The translations under genes and the position numbers were made by a program. Shown here piece by piece: positions 1 to 8,213 of a stretch of 64,000 nt of DNA. The DNA lies in NCBI GenBank assembly GCA_903861205.1, contig CAIOTC010000022.1, positions 25 through 64,024 on the forward strand, written 5' to 3'. The DNA is from an uncultured bacterium. Its GTDB lineage: Bacteria > Patescibacteriota > Minisyncoccia > Phycocordibacterales > DATDWN01. A model generated the notes under the pieces. That model was not told the DNA's origin and made no database searches. It saw nothing but the letters and a program-made list of their open reading frames with translations. Every line of letters begins with the position of its first letter. Within the stretch, counting starts at the first letter, position 1.

Positions 1-671
1 ATTTCTTCTTCATCCGCGGGCGAAACCGTTTTTTTGAATCTTGCGCCGGAGACACCGTGAACGCGCGCTTTGCACTCCTCCCACGTTTTGTGAGTTTGGA
101 TCACTCCGCCGACTTCGCTGACGTATGAATAAGTTTTTCTGGTGCGGACTTTTGACCATTCCCTTTCCGCCGAACCAACTTCCTTTTTATCCGTGATAGA
201 AAGCGAAACACCATATCTTTCTTTGGCGCCACTATATAGTACGATTGATTTTTTGTCGGCAAAAGAAGTGGCGATGACATCGCAGCGTTCGTTTGGCGCA
301 TGACCGGCATGACCTTTGAGCAGTTTCCAGTCGATAATTCTGTGAAAGGTCAGCTTGTAAATTCTTTCCCACAAATCGCGATTAGCCACGTCTTCCTTTT
401 GCGAAGTCTTCCAATTATTCTTTTGCCAACCGACCACCCAGCGCGTTGAGCCGTTTAAAACATAGGCCGAATCCGTATATATAGTCATTTCGTGTTCGTG
501 CGGAATTGATTCAAGCGCTGAAATAACCGCCAAAAGTTCCATCCGGTTGTTGGTTGTGTAATCCTCGCGACCGCCGAGCTCCGTCACGGTCTCGTCACCA
601 GCCACAATCGCTCCCCAACCACCCGGCCCGGGATTACCGCGCGCCGCTCCGTCTGTGAAAATGGTAATCAT
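1..671 (-). CDS. rnhA: Ribonuclease HI. The N-terminus and catalytic domain are in the window; the 3' end runs past the window start. A C-terminal extension carries a hybrid-binding-domain-like motif.
   Basis: Reverse translation from ATG (669-671 rc) gives MITIFTDGAARGNPGPGGWGAIV...TTNNRMELLAVISALE...IYTDSAYV...LKGHAGHAPNERCDVIA, the canonical RNase HI core with its D-E-D-D residues. The extension ...YSYVSEVGGVIQTHKTWEECKARVHGVSGARFKK resembles the eukaryotic RNase H1 hybrid-binding domain (HBD). The ORF is missing from the supplied track because no stop codon lies inside the window. Confidence 0.8.
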   Translation of the reverse strand, partial: MITIFTDGAARGNPGPGGWGAIVAGDETVTELGGREDYTTNNRMELLAVISALESIPHEHEMTIYTDSAYVLNGSTRWVVGWQKNNWKTSQKEDVANRDLWERIYKLTFHRIIDWKLLKGHAGHAPNERCDVIATSFADKKSIVLYSGAKERYGVSLSITDKKEVGSAEREWSKVRTRKTYSYVSEVGGVIQTHKTWEECKARVHGVSGARFKKTVSPADEEE

Positions 672-683
672 ATATAGAGTATA

Positions 684-2441
684 TCAAAAAATATCAACTA
701 TTCGTAAACGCAGTTCGGGGAAGTTTCGAAAGTTTGATTTTTCTAAAGTTGCGACGAGATTTATTTTTTTTCCGATTTCAACTGGTACGGGAAATTTTTC
801 CGGTGCGGAAAAAAATGAGATGGCAGTTACTTCATTATTATTTTCACGAAGCTTCAATTCCAAATGATTTTTTTCTTTACCGAATTGTTTGACCGCGGAA
901 ACCAAAGCGTTTTCAAACAAAAACATCGGCTTTGGATTTTCAAAACCAAACGGCGCGAATTTTTCCACGTCGCCGTATGTATTCCAATTAACATCGCCAA
1001 GCGATAACTTTTTATCAACCAAAATTTCTGATTCAATATTTTCCGATTTCATTTCCAAAAATGCTTCATTGAGCTTTTCTTCCAGCGTGTGAATATTTTC
1101 TTGCGATACGGAAAATCCGCCGGCGCCGTGATGACCGCCGTACTCGACAAAAACATCTTTAGCTTTTTCCATAAGAGCGACGACTGAAATTCCATTTCCG
1201 GATCGGCATGAACCTTTTATTATCGCGCTGCCGTTGCAACCTTCTCTGCCCCACAAAAAAACCGGACGATTATGTTCATCAGAAAAACTGTTGGCCACCA
1301 AACCAAGAAGCGATGGCTTCCAATCCGGATTGCCGAGAACCAAAACATTTTTCATAACTTGATCGCGATCTTTTATTTTCTTTTTTATTTCCTTGACCAT
1401 GCCAGCCACCACGCCTTTGCGTTCATCGTTTTTATTATTCAAATGCTCGGCCAATGTCCCCGCTTCAACTTCGTCAGTGGTCGAAAGTAATTTAAAAGCG
1501 TCAAGCGGAATGCCCATGCGTGAAGCGGCGTTGATGCGCGGAGTAATCATGAAAGTCAGATCATCCTCGGTCACGTATCTCTGATCAATTTTGAGAAGAT
1601 TGAAAAGTTTTGAAAGGCCGGCTCGCGGACTTTTGTGCAAAACTTTCAGACCAAAATACGCGAACACTCTGTTCTCGCCAAGGAGTGGAACCATGTCGGA
1701 AAGTGTTGCCAGACCGATCATGTCGAGCAACCATTTCTCCCAACCTACTGGAGAAATGGTTGCAATTTTCAATTTACAATTTCCAATTTCCAATGAATTT
1801 TTCAATGAATCAATTTCCAAACACAACGCTTGAATGACTTTAAAAATCACGCCAGCGCCGCATAGCATTTTTTCCGGATATTCGCAGTCGTTTTGTTTTG
1901 GATTTATGATGGCAAATGCGTCCGGCAAATTTGTTTTGGGGATGTGATGATCAGTGATGATGATATCCAAATTGTGTTTCTTGGCTTCCTCCACTTGCGC
2001 GCCATCGGAAACACCGCAATCAATCGTGATCAAAAGTGTCACACCATCCGCAACGAGCGAATCAATCGCTTCGTGATTTAATCCGAATCCTTCCTCGTTT
2101 CGCATCGGAATATAATTGACGAAATTTTGAAAATTTATTTTTTTGAAAAAATCATGCAGTGCCACTGCGCCGGGAATGCCATCCGCATCGTAATCGCTGT
2201 AAATCGCCACACGCTCATTTTTTTCGATAGCAGAAATAATTCTGTCAACAACTTTTTTCATATCCTTGAGCAAAAAAGGATCGTGAACGCCATTCTCGTA
2301 ATCAGGATTCAAAAATTTTTCCGCGCATTCTTCCGTGATGATACCGCGCGAATGCAGCAATGTCCGCGTGAGCGGAGAGTAACTTTCAAAAATTTTGTTG
2401 ATCTCATCCGGTATTCCTCCTCGCAACGAATATTTTTTCAT
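684..2441 (-). CDS. recJ: Single-stranded-DNA-specific exonuclease RecJ (DHH/DHHA1)
   Basis: 585 aa. Motifs IYSDYDADG, ITDHH and GGHHGAGG are typical of RecJ. It sits immediately upstream of rnhA in the same orientation. Confidence 0.88.
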   Translation of the reverse strand: MKKYSLRGGIPDEINKIFESYSPLTRTLLHSRGIITEECAEKFLNPDYENGVHDPFLLKDMKKVVDRIISAIEKNERVAIYSDYDADGIPGAVALHDFFKKINFQNFVNYIPMRNEEGFGLNHEAIDSLVADGVTLLITIDCGVSDGAQVEEAKKHNLDIIITDHHIPKTNLPDAFAIINPKQNDCEYPEKMLCGAGVIFKVIQALCLEIDSLKNSLEIGNCKLKIATISPVGWEKWLLDMIGLATLSDMVPLLGENRVFAYFGLKVLHKSPRAGLSKLFNLLKIDQRYVTEDDLTFMITPRINAASRMGIPLDAFKLLSTTDEVEAGTLAEHLNNKNDERKGVVAGMVKEIKKKIKDRDQVMKNVLVLGNPDWKPSLLGLVANSFSDEHNRPVFLWGREGCNGSAIIKGSCRSGNGISVVALMEKAKDVFVEYGGHHGAGGFSVSQENIHTLEEKLNEAFLEMKSENIESEILVDKKLSLGDVNWNTYGDVEKFAPFGFENPKPMFLFENALVSAVKQFGKEKNHLELKLRENNNEVTAISFFSAPEKFPVPVEIGKKINLVATLEKSNFRNFPELRLRIVDIF

Positions 2442-2793
2442 TTGGTACAGTTTACCACAAGTCTAGTGAAACAAAGGATTTTCAATTCGTTCCAAAGAAA
2501 AGGCCCACCCTGCGGTGAGCACTCTGCTAACTTATTACAAATCTTGGACCAAATCAACTTTCTTACATGGTGACAACTTTAAACCATCTTCCACACTCTT
2601 TTTCAATTCAACCAGATTGTTAGCAACTGACCGACCGGCCCCGTGAAGAGAAAACCAAGGCCTTATTTCAATCGGGAAACCTAAATGTTTTGATTGTTTG
2701 ATAGCTTCTTCCAAAGATTCGATGGATATCCGTTGGGGCATTTTGCCACTCCTTCCATAGAAGATACTATCACACATGCTATAATATTTCCAT

Positions 2794-3153
2794 ATGAACA
2801 ATTGTATATTTTGTAAAATTATAAAAGGAGAAATTCTGGCGCATAAAGTTTTCGAGGATGAAAATTTTTTGGCCTTTCTAGACATTCATCCGACATCTCC
2901 GGGACATGTTCAAGTCATTCCAAAAGAACATGTGAGATGGGTTTGGGACGTGGAAAATATCGGAGAATATTTTGAAGTGGTACGCAAAATCGCCAAGGCG
3001 CAACAAAAAGCATTTGAAACAGATTGGATACTTTCCAAAATTGTCGGTGACGAAATAGAACACGCACACATTTGGGTTTATCCGAACAACAAAGTTACTG
3101 GCGACAAAATGGATTTTGAAAATAATGCAGGAAAAATAAGAAATAGTCTGTAA
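2794..3153 (+). CDS. HIT (histidine triad) family hydrolase
   Basis: 119 aa. Starts CIFCKII, has HPTSPGHVQVIPKEH and the histidine triad EHAHIWVYP. TATAAT (2780-2785) lies 8 nt before the ATG, suggesting a leaderless transcript. Confidence 0.8.
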   Translation: MNNCIFCKIIKGEILAHKVFEDENFLAFLDIHPTSPGHVQVIPKEHVRWVWDVENIGEYFEVVRKIAKAQQKAFETDWILSKIVGDEIEHAHIWVYPNNKVTGDKMDFENNAGKIRNSL

Positions 3154-3460
3154 AGTCCATAAAGTCAAAAGCCTATAAAGTCAGTTCTTTAGACTCTTAA
3201 TAAGTCCTGACAATATTTTTGATATCTCAAAAGTCAGATTGTATAAAAAAATAAAATTATCTTTATTGAGATAATTTAGTTCAAGGGCCAAATACAACAT
3301 TGATCTAACTTCGCCAGACGAACCTTTCGCAATAAACAAAAATTTTTATAAATTTCTTTTGTAAGAATTTTTGATTTTTGCCAAGCTATTATATCTTCAA
3401 ACTTTTGAATCTGCATTTTGTGTTTACTTTATGGACTTTACAGACTTTATAGACTTTCAA
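3148..3460. mobile_element. MITE-like (miniature inverted-repeat transposable element) AT-rich insertion between the convergent HIT and pgk genes, bounded by 17-19 bp terminal inverted repeats ctgtaaagtccataaagtc
   Basis: Left 3148-3166 ctgtaaagtccataaagtc. The right side 3427-3445 is its reverse complement. The TIRs overlap both stop codons. Confidence 0.45.
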
Positions 3461-4580
3461 CTTCCAAGGCTTTCAGCCCTGGAAGAGTTTCGTTGACCAG
3501 GAAATCGAGCATCGCGCCACCACCGGTGGAGATGAAAGAAAATTTTTCTTCCAGTCCGAGTTTTTTAATTGACGCGAGTGTATCTCCCCCACCGACAATC
3601 GACTCCGCGCCACTTGTCACGATAAGTTCAGCCAACTGTTCCGTTTTATCGGCAAAACCATTTTCGTAATTTCCAAGCGGTCCGTTCCAGACAACAGTTT
3701 TGCTGCCGTCCAAAATATTTTTTAACTGTGTAATTGTTTCCGTTCCGGCGTCGGCCACAGTTTCGTCCGGCGCGATTTCATTTTGTTTTTTGAAAGAAAC
3801 ACTACCGTCATCTTTTGTCACGGTAACATCAGCCGGAAAAATTAATTTCGGATTTTTCAACATTTCCGAAATTCCAAAGTCACCTTCAGAAATTAATGAC
3901 TTCCCCACTTCAAAACCTTTGGCCTTGTAAATATCGGTGGCCAACGCTCCGCCGACAAAAACCGCGTCTGCCTTTTCCAAATATTTTTTGATGAGCGGCA
4001 TTTTTGTTTCGAACTTTGCTCCGCCTAAAATAAAAACAAAAGGATGAACAGGACTGAAAACTTTTGAGAGGTTTTCGATTTCTTGTCGCATTAAAAGTCC
4101 ACCATAACTTGGCAAAAATTCCGGCACGCCGACAATCGAAGCATGTTTGCGATGGCAAACGGAAAAAGCATCGTTAACGAAAATGTCCGCCATCTGTGAA
4201 AGTTTTTTGGCAAAGTCCGGATCGTTTTCTTTTTCGCCCGGATTGATCCGCAAATTTTCAAACATTAAAACGCCTTTGTCTTCCAGTTTCAAAAGTTTTT
4301 CAATCGCTTCCGGCGTGAAAAAGTCGCCACAAAAATCAACCGGCAGAAAACCGTTCAGATAATCGTGCATCGGCAAAAGCGATGAGGATTCTTTTCCTTC
4401 GCAATGAGCGATAATAATTACTTTCGCTTCCTTGGCTCGTAAAAAATCAATCGTCTGGAGTGATCTCTCCATGCGATACGGATCGGCCACCTTGCCGTCC
4501 ACAATGGGAACATTTAAATCAAGACGAAGCAATACTCTAACTCCCTTTAAGCTTGGAACTTCATCGATGTAATAGATCAT
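3447..4580 (-). CDS. pgk: Phosphoglycerate kinase
   Basis: 377 aa with the PGK N-terminal motif RVLLRLDLNVP and C-terminal GGGDT...STGGGA. Confidence 0.9.
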   Translation of the reverse strand: MIYYIDEVPSLKGVRVLLRLDLNVPIVDGKVADPYRMERSLQTIDFLRAKEAKVIIIAHCEGKESSSLLPMHDYLNGFLPVDFCGDFFTPEAIEKLLKLEDKGVLMFENLRINPGEKENDPDFAKKLSQMADIFVNDAFSVCHRKHASIVGVPEFLPSYGGLLMRQEIENLSKVFSPVHPFVFILGGAKFETKMPLIKKYLEKADAVFVGGALATDIYKAKGFEVGKSLISEGDFGISEMLKNPKLIFPADVTVTKDDGSVSFKKQNEIAPDETVADAGTETITQLKNILDGSKTVVWNGPLGNYENGFADKTEQLAELIVTSGAESIVGGGDTLASIKKLGLEEKFSFISTGGGAMLDFLVNETLPGLKALEVESL

Positions 4581-4683
4581 GGAACAATTTTTAATTTAAA
4601 ATTTTTAATTTTTAATGAATTTTAAATAATTAAATTTTTAAATTTAGACATTCATTAAAAATTCTAAATTAAAAATTACAAAA
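4581..4683. repeat. AT-rich intergenic hairpin element, family A copy 1 (about 100 bp)
   Basis: Near identical to 7370-7471 and 8102-8213. It contains the inverted repeat taatttttaatgaatt...acattcattaaaaatt. Confidence 0.7.
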
Positions 4684-5442
4684 TTATTTGCTTTCCTCCA
4701 CTGCCTTTATTATTTCCCCAAATCTCTTCCCATCCAAACTGTCTCGCCCGACCAAAACCCCATCCACGCCATTTTTCATGATGTCGGAAATATTTTCAAC
4801 ATTGACAGAACCGCCGTACAAAATTTTCACTCCGTCCGCCGGAAGACCGTATATTTCGCGCAAAACTTTTTTTATGTAAATAGCCATTTCGTGAATATCG
4901 CGTCCGGCCATTGATTCGCTCGCGCCGATGGCCCAAACCGGCTCGTAGGCAATGACCAGATGGTCGAGAGATTTTTTGGAAACGTCGCGCAGATCGGCCA
5001 TGATTTGTCCGCGAACAAAAGAAAGATAATCGCCGTGAGCATCTCGTGTTTTTTCGCCGACACATAGCACGACCGTCATGCCATCACTAACAACAGCCGT
5101 CACTTTTTTGTTTATAATTTCATCACTCTCGCCTCTCGCTCGCCTCTCGCTATGCCCGACTAAACAGTGACTTACTTTGAACTGAGGCAACTGGCTGAAA
5201 CTGACTTCACCGGTGTGAGCGCCGAGCGGTTCATAAAAAGCGTCCTGAGCACCGACAAAAATTGATGTGCTGGCCGTGTTTGAAATAGCTGGAATGTAAA
5301 TAAATGGCGGACAGAGCACCACCTGCGTTTTTTTGATGTTTTTCATTCCGCGTTTGACGTCACTCGCGATTTTTTTGGCTTCCTCCAAACATTTCGGGTT
5401 CATTTTCCAATTCCCCACCACAAGTTTTTTTGGTTTCTTCAT
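4684..5442 (-). CDS. tpiA: Triosephosphate isomerase. The start is placed at the internal Met (MKKPKKLVVGNWKMN); the track ORF extends to 5478.
   Basis: GNWKMN, VGHSERR, AYEPVWAIG and YGGSV motifs. Confidence 0.9.
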   Translation of the reverse strand: MKKPKKLVVGNWKMNPKCLEEAKKIASDVKRGMKNIKKTQVVLCPPFIYIPAISNTASTSIFVGAQDAFYEPLGAHTGEVSFSQLPQFKVSHCLVGHSERRARGESDEIINKKVTAVVSDGMTVVLCVGEKTRDAHGDYLSFVRGQIMADLRDVSKKSLDHLVIAYEPVWAIGASESMAGRDIHEMAIYIKKVLREIYGLPADGVKILYGGSVNVENISDIMKNGVDGVLVGRDSLDGKRFGEIIKAVEESK

Positions 5443-5475
5443 GGTCATATTGTAGCAAAGTTTGAAGTCGGCGAC

Positions 5476-5632
5476 CACAAATCTCGCGAATGCCCGCTTT
5501 CCGGAGTAACCTCAAAAACTCCAGCGATTTTTGAGGCTGATCCTCGGCCTGAACTTGTCAAGATGGAATGCCTTGACAAGACCATGCTTCAGGCCTGCGG
5601 AGCCTCCGGAAAGCGGGCATTCGCGAGATTTG
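5476..5632. repeat. Nested-hairpin element, family B copy 1, with core cttgtcaagatggaatgccttgacaag
   Basis: Outer 30 bp stem cacaaatctcgcgaatgcccgctttccggag/ctccggaaagcgggcattcgcgagatttg encloses a conserved 67 nt core shared with 47562-47629. Confidence 0.7.
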
Positions 5633-5788
5633 TTCGGTGGTAATTTTTATAAATAAACTGGCAAACATGACTAGAAATAAGGGTTTAATTAATTTAAATA
5701 CTCCAAAGGTCTGGCCTTAAACAGCTAATTTCCCAAGGCCAGACCTTGGGTGCGGGTGCGAAACTAAAGTGAAAAATCACCACTAAGC

Positions 5789-5916
5789 AAATTTTGTCGA
5801 GACAAAGCAATTTTGGGGGCTCACGGACGCTGGCGAGCGGAGTGCGAGCGCAAAAAATAGCAATTTTTTGACGCGCACCCCAAAATTGTTTTGGCTCGTA
5901 AGAAATTTGCGTCGTC
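5789..5916 (-). repeat. Structured element family C copy 1 (inverted orientation)
   Basis: Shares the core cggacgctggcgagcggag and the flanking long IR with the copies at 18.6 and 49.5 kb. Confidence 0.65.
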
Positions 5917-7369
5917 ACTGCACCTCCTGCCAGGAAATAGTTTGGTATTGGTCAGTCGTCAGCGGGAATGACGGCGGAGGGGCGTATAGCAGGTTGGCGT
6001 CGTAAATAATATTTCTGGTTTGGTAGCCGGTGCCGTCCGTATAGGCAAAACCGTACCTCGAATAACTGCCGATCATCCCATACAAAGTGATCGTGTCGCG
6101 CACGTATTGCGCCGTACAATCGCTTTCGTAATAAAATCTTCCCACCCGCCCATTTTGCGAAATAAGCGCGGCATCGATGCGCAAGTCGTCAGCGCTGTAA
6201 AGACCGTTATTGATATTTTCCTGGGCGATAAGGCCGATGGAATCCTGCCCGTCGTAGTTGGTGTAAAGCAAATCGTCATTTATCGTTATACTCGTCCTCT
6301 GCGAGGGATTGTCTGGAAATTTCCCAGCCACAACGGTCACTCTGGCAGTGTTTATCTGCCCGTCAATCCAAACATTATCCTCCACAAAAATAATTCCGTT
6401 CCCCGGCATTGGGTAATTGGAAACGAAAGTTTGCGTTTTGACACTCCACGTTCCCCAATCGCTCTGGTTGCCGTTATTGCCGCAATGATCCGGCAGAGGT
6501 TGGAGCTGAGTTACTTTGTACAAATCAAAAGTGTCGTTCGTTTTTAAAACCAGATGATAGCCGAGCACGCCGGAACTGGAAATATATTTGCCACCGGCTT
6601 GAGCTTTGCTTTTCATATCAGCCATGTCTGTGGTGATGCCGGCAAAGTCGACAACCGGCACGGGAAACTGCCTGCCTGCCTCAAAAACATCCGGCCGATT
6701 TGGAACGGGATTTCCGGGAGATTCCAGTGGACGATAATCAGTGTTTACGCCACTGCCCGGAGGTGGATTGACGTGAGTGTGAACGCCAAATTCCTGTCCG
6801 CCGGTATGGTCAGGGTCGTCGAATTTGCTCACTCCGCTCGAGACAACATTGTGCGCAATACCGTCAAAGCGAATTCCGCCATTTGACATAATCGGACCAA
6901 AAACTTCCGTGCCTTCGCCAAAACGCATGTCGTCGTTGGCCACCACGGCAAATTTGGCCAGCGACGGCTTGGCCAGCTGAACGAGAATGGAGCGAGAAAC
7001 AGTCGCGTCAGCCAAAATTTTGCCGGTTGATTTGACTTTGACCATCGTCCAACCGGTTGGCGGCGCGGTAATATTGAGAGTGAAAGTACCGATCTTTGTG
7101 CCGTCTTTGTCGAAAAAATCGTGAACGTACGGACCGGCGTGTCCGGTACCGTCTTGGAAATCGGTCGAAGCGTGCGCCAGATGCCATCTATAATAATCAA
7201 CTCCGGCTTCGGCGATTTGCAAAGCTTGTTCACGCTCAACAGCCAACCGCGAAGCTTTGATGTTCACTCCGGCCCAGCTGACCAAAGCGCCGATGATAAC
7301 CACGGAAATGGTACCAAAGACGAGAGCTTGGACGAGAATGGAACCAGATTGTAATGATTTTTTGAACAT
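5915..7369 (-). CDS. PilX-N-like type IV pilus-associated protein (minor pilin / pilus tip-like)
   Basis: 484 aa. N-terminal hydrophobic anchor followed by REQALQIAEAGVDYYRW (PilX_N-like). It is co-directional with the pilin genes. Confidence 0.55.
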   Translation of the reverse strand: MFKKSLQSGSILVQALVFGTISVVIIGALVSWAGVNIKASRLAVEREQALQIAEAGVDYYRWHLAHASTDFQDGTGHAGPYVHDFFDKDGTKIGTFTLNITAPPTGWTMVKVKSTGKILADATVSRSILVQLAKPSLAKFAVVANDDMRFGEGTEVFGPIMSNGGIRFDGIAHNVVSSGVSKFDDPDHTGGQEFGVHTHVNPPPGSGVNTDYRPLESPGNPVPNRPDVFEAGRQFPVPVVDFAGITTDMADMKSKAQAGGKYISSSGVLGYHLVLKTNDTFDLYKVTQLQPLPDHCGNNGNQSDWGTWSVKTQTFVSNYPMPGNGIIFVEDNVWIDGQINTARVTVVAGKFPDNPSQRTSITINDDLLYTNYDGQDSIGLIAQENINNGLYSADDLRIDAALISQNGRVGRFYYESDCTAQYVRDTITLYGMIGSYSRYGFAYTDGTGYQTRNIIYDANLLYAPPPSFPLTTDQYQTISWQEVQ

Positions 7370-7471
7370 AACTGATTAAAAAATTTTTAATTTAAAATTT
7401 TTAATTTTTATTGAATTTTCAATGATTTAATTTTTAAATTTAAACATTCATTAAGAATTCTAAATTAAAAA
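7370..7471. repeat. Family A copy 2
   Basis: See copy 1. Confidence 0.7.
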
Positions 7472-8101
7472 TTATAAATTGTCTTTTAGATTCCGCAGAT
7501 TAACCTGCGACGTCACAATCATCGGCGTCGGCGCGCGGTTTTTGTCTCTGTCAATTATAACAGTAATTTTAACCAAGCGGACGGTTGACGCCGTTACCGG
7601 CTGTGACAAAGGAGAACCGGTGCCGGAATAATCGGCGGAATAATATTGAAACAGAGGAGCGGTCGAGCTGGAGATGACGCCGGAAAAAATGGTCGTCACT
7701 TTTTCATCATCATCGTCATAGGTGTACGGACTTCCGGTTGGCACCACCACGCCTCTTTTGATATCCGATCCGCTCAAAAAATATCTGACTTTGTCCTGCA
7801 AACCGTCGTTGTTAACATCACTGTAAAAAGTGACCGATGACACGCCGGCTGAAGCGATGGCGTAAGCGCCGTTCTCCGACGGACTGGCCTCTCGCATCTC
7901 GGCCACCATCACCTTGACCACGTGCCGGGCATCGAGCTGGGCGTTCATACTGCCGCTCAAATTGGAATTCAAGGAAAAAACATTAACCATAAAAGTGGCA
8001 ACAACAGTGGAAACAAGGCCGAGAATGGCGAGGGAGATTAGGATTTCGACGAGAGTGAAGCCTCGACTGAAATTATTTATTTTTAAATTTTTAACAAACA
8101 T
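7472..8101 (-). CDS. Type IV pilin / pseudopilin with a class III prepilin signal
   Basis: N-terminus ...NNFSRG|FTLVEILISLAILGLV shows the G/FTLVE prepilin cleavage and methylation motif. Confidence 0.75.
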   Translation of the reverse strand: MFVKNLKINNFSRGFTLVEILISLAILGLVSTVVATFMVNVFSLNSNLSGSMNAQLDARHVVKVMVAEMREASPSENGAYAIASAGVSSVTFYSDVNNDGLQDKVRYFLSGSDIKRGVVVPTGSPYTYDDDDEKVTTIFSGVISSSTAPLFQYYSADYSGTGSPLSQPVTASTVRLVKITVIIDRDKNRAPTPMIVTSQVNLRNLKDNL

Positions 8102-8213
8102 TATTTTATGAAATTTTTAATTTAAAATTTTTAATTTTTAATGAATTTTCAATGACTTAATTTTTAAATTTATACATTCATTAAAAATTTTAAATTAAAA
8201 ATTAAAAATTATT
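8102..8213. repeat. Family A copy 3
   Basis: See copy 1. Confidence 0.7.

Noticed and set aside
2535-2885. 116 aa minus-strand ORF overlapping the start of the HIT gene
   Set aside because: It overlaps the HIT gene's promoter and 5' coding region and has no motifs or RBS. It is likely non-coding upstream DNA of the HIT gene.
4581-8213. Considered whether the three near-identical 100 nt AT-rich repeats form a CRISPR array
   Set aside because: They are separated by whole genes (2.7 kb and 0.7 kb), not by short uniform spacers. They are internally palindromic and lack a leader or cas genes. They are dispersed intergenic repeats, not a CRISPR array.
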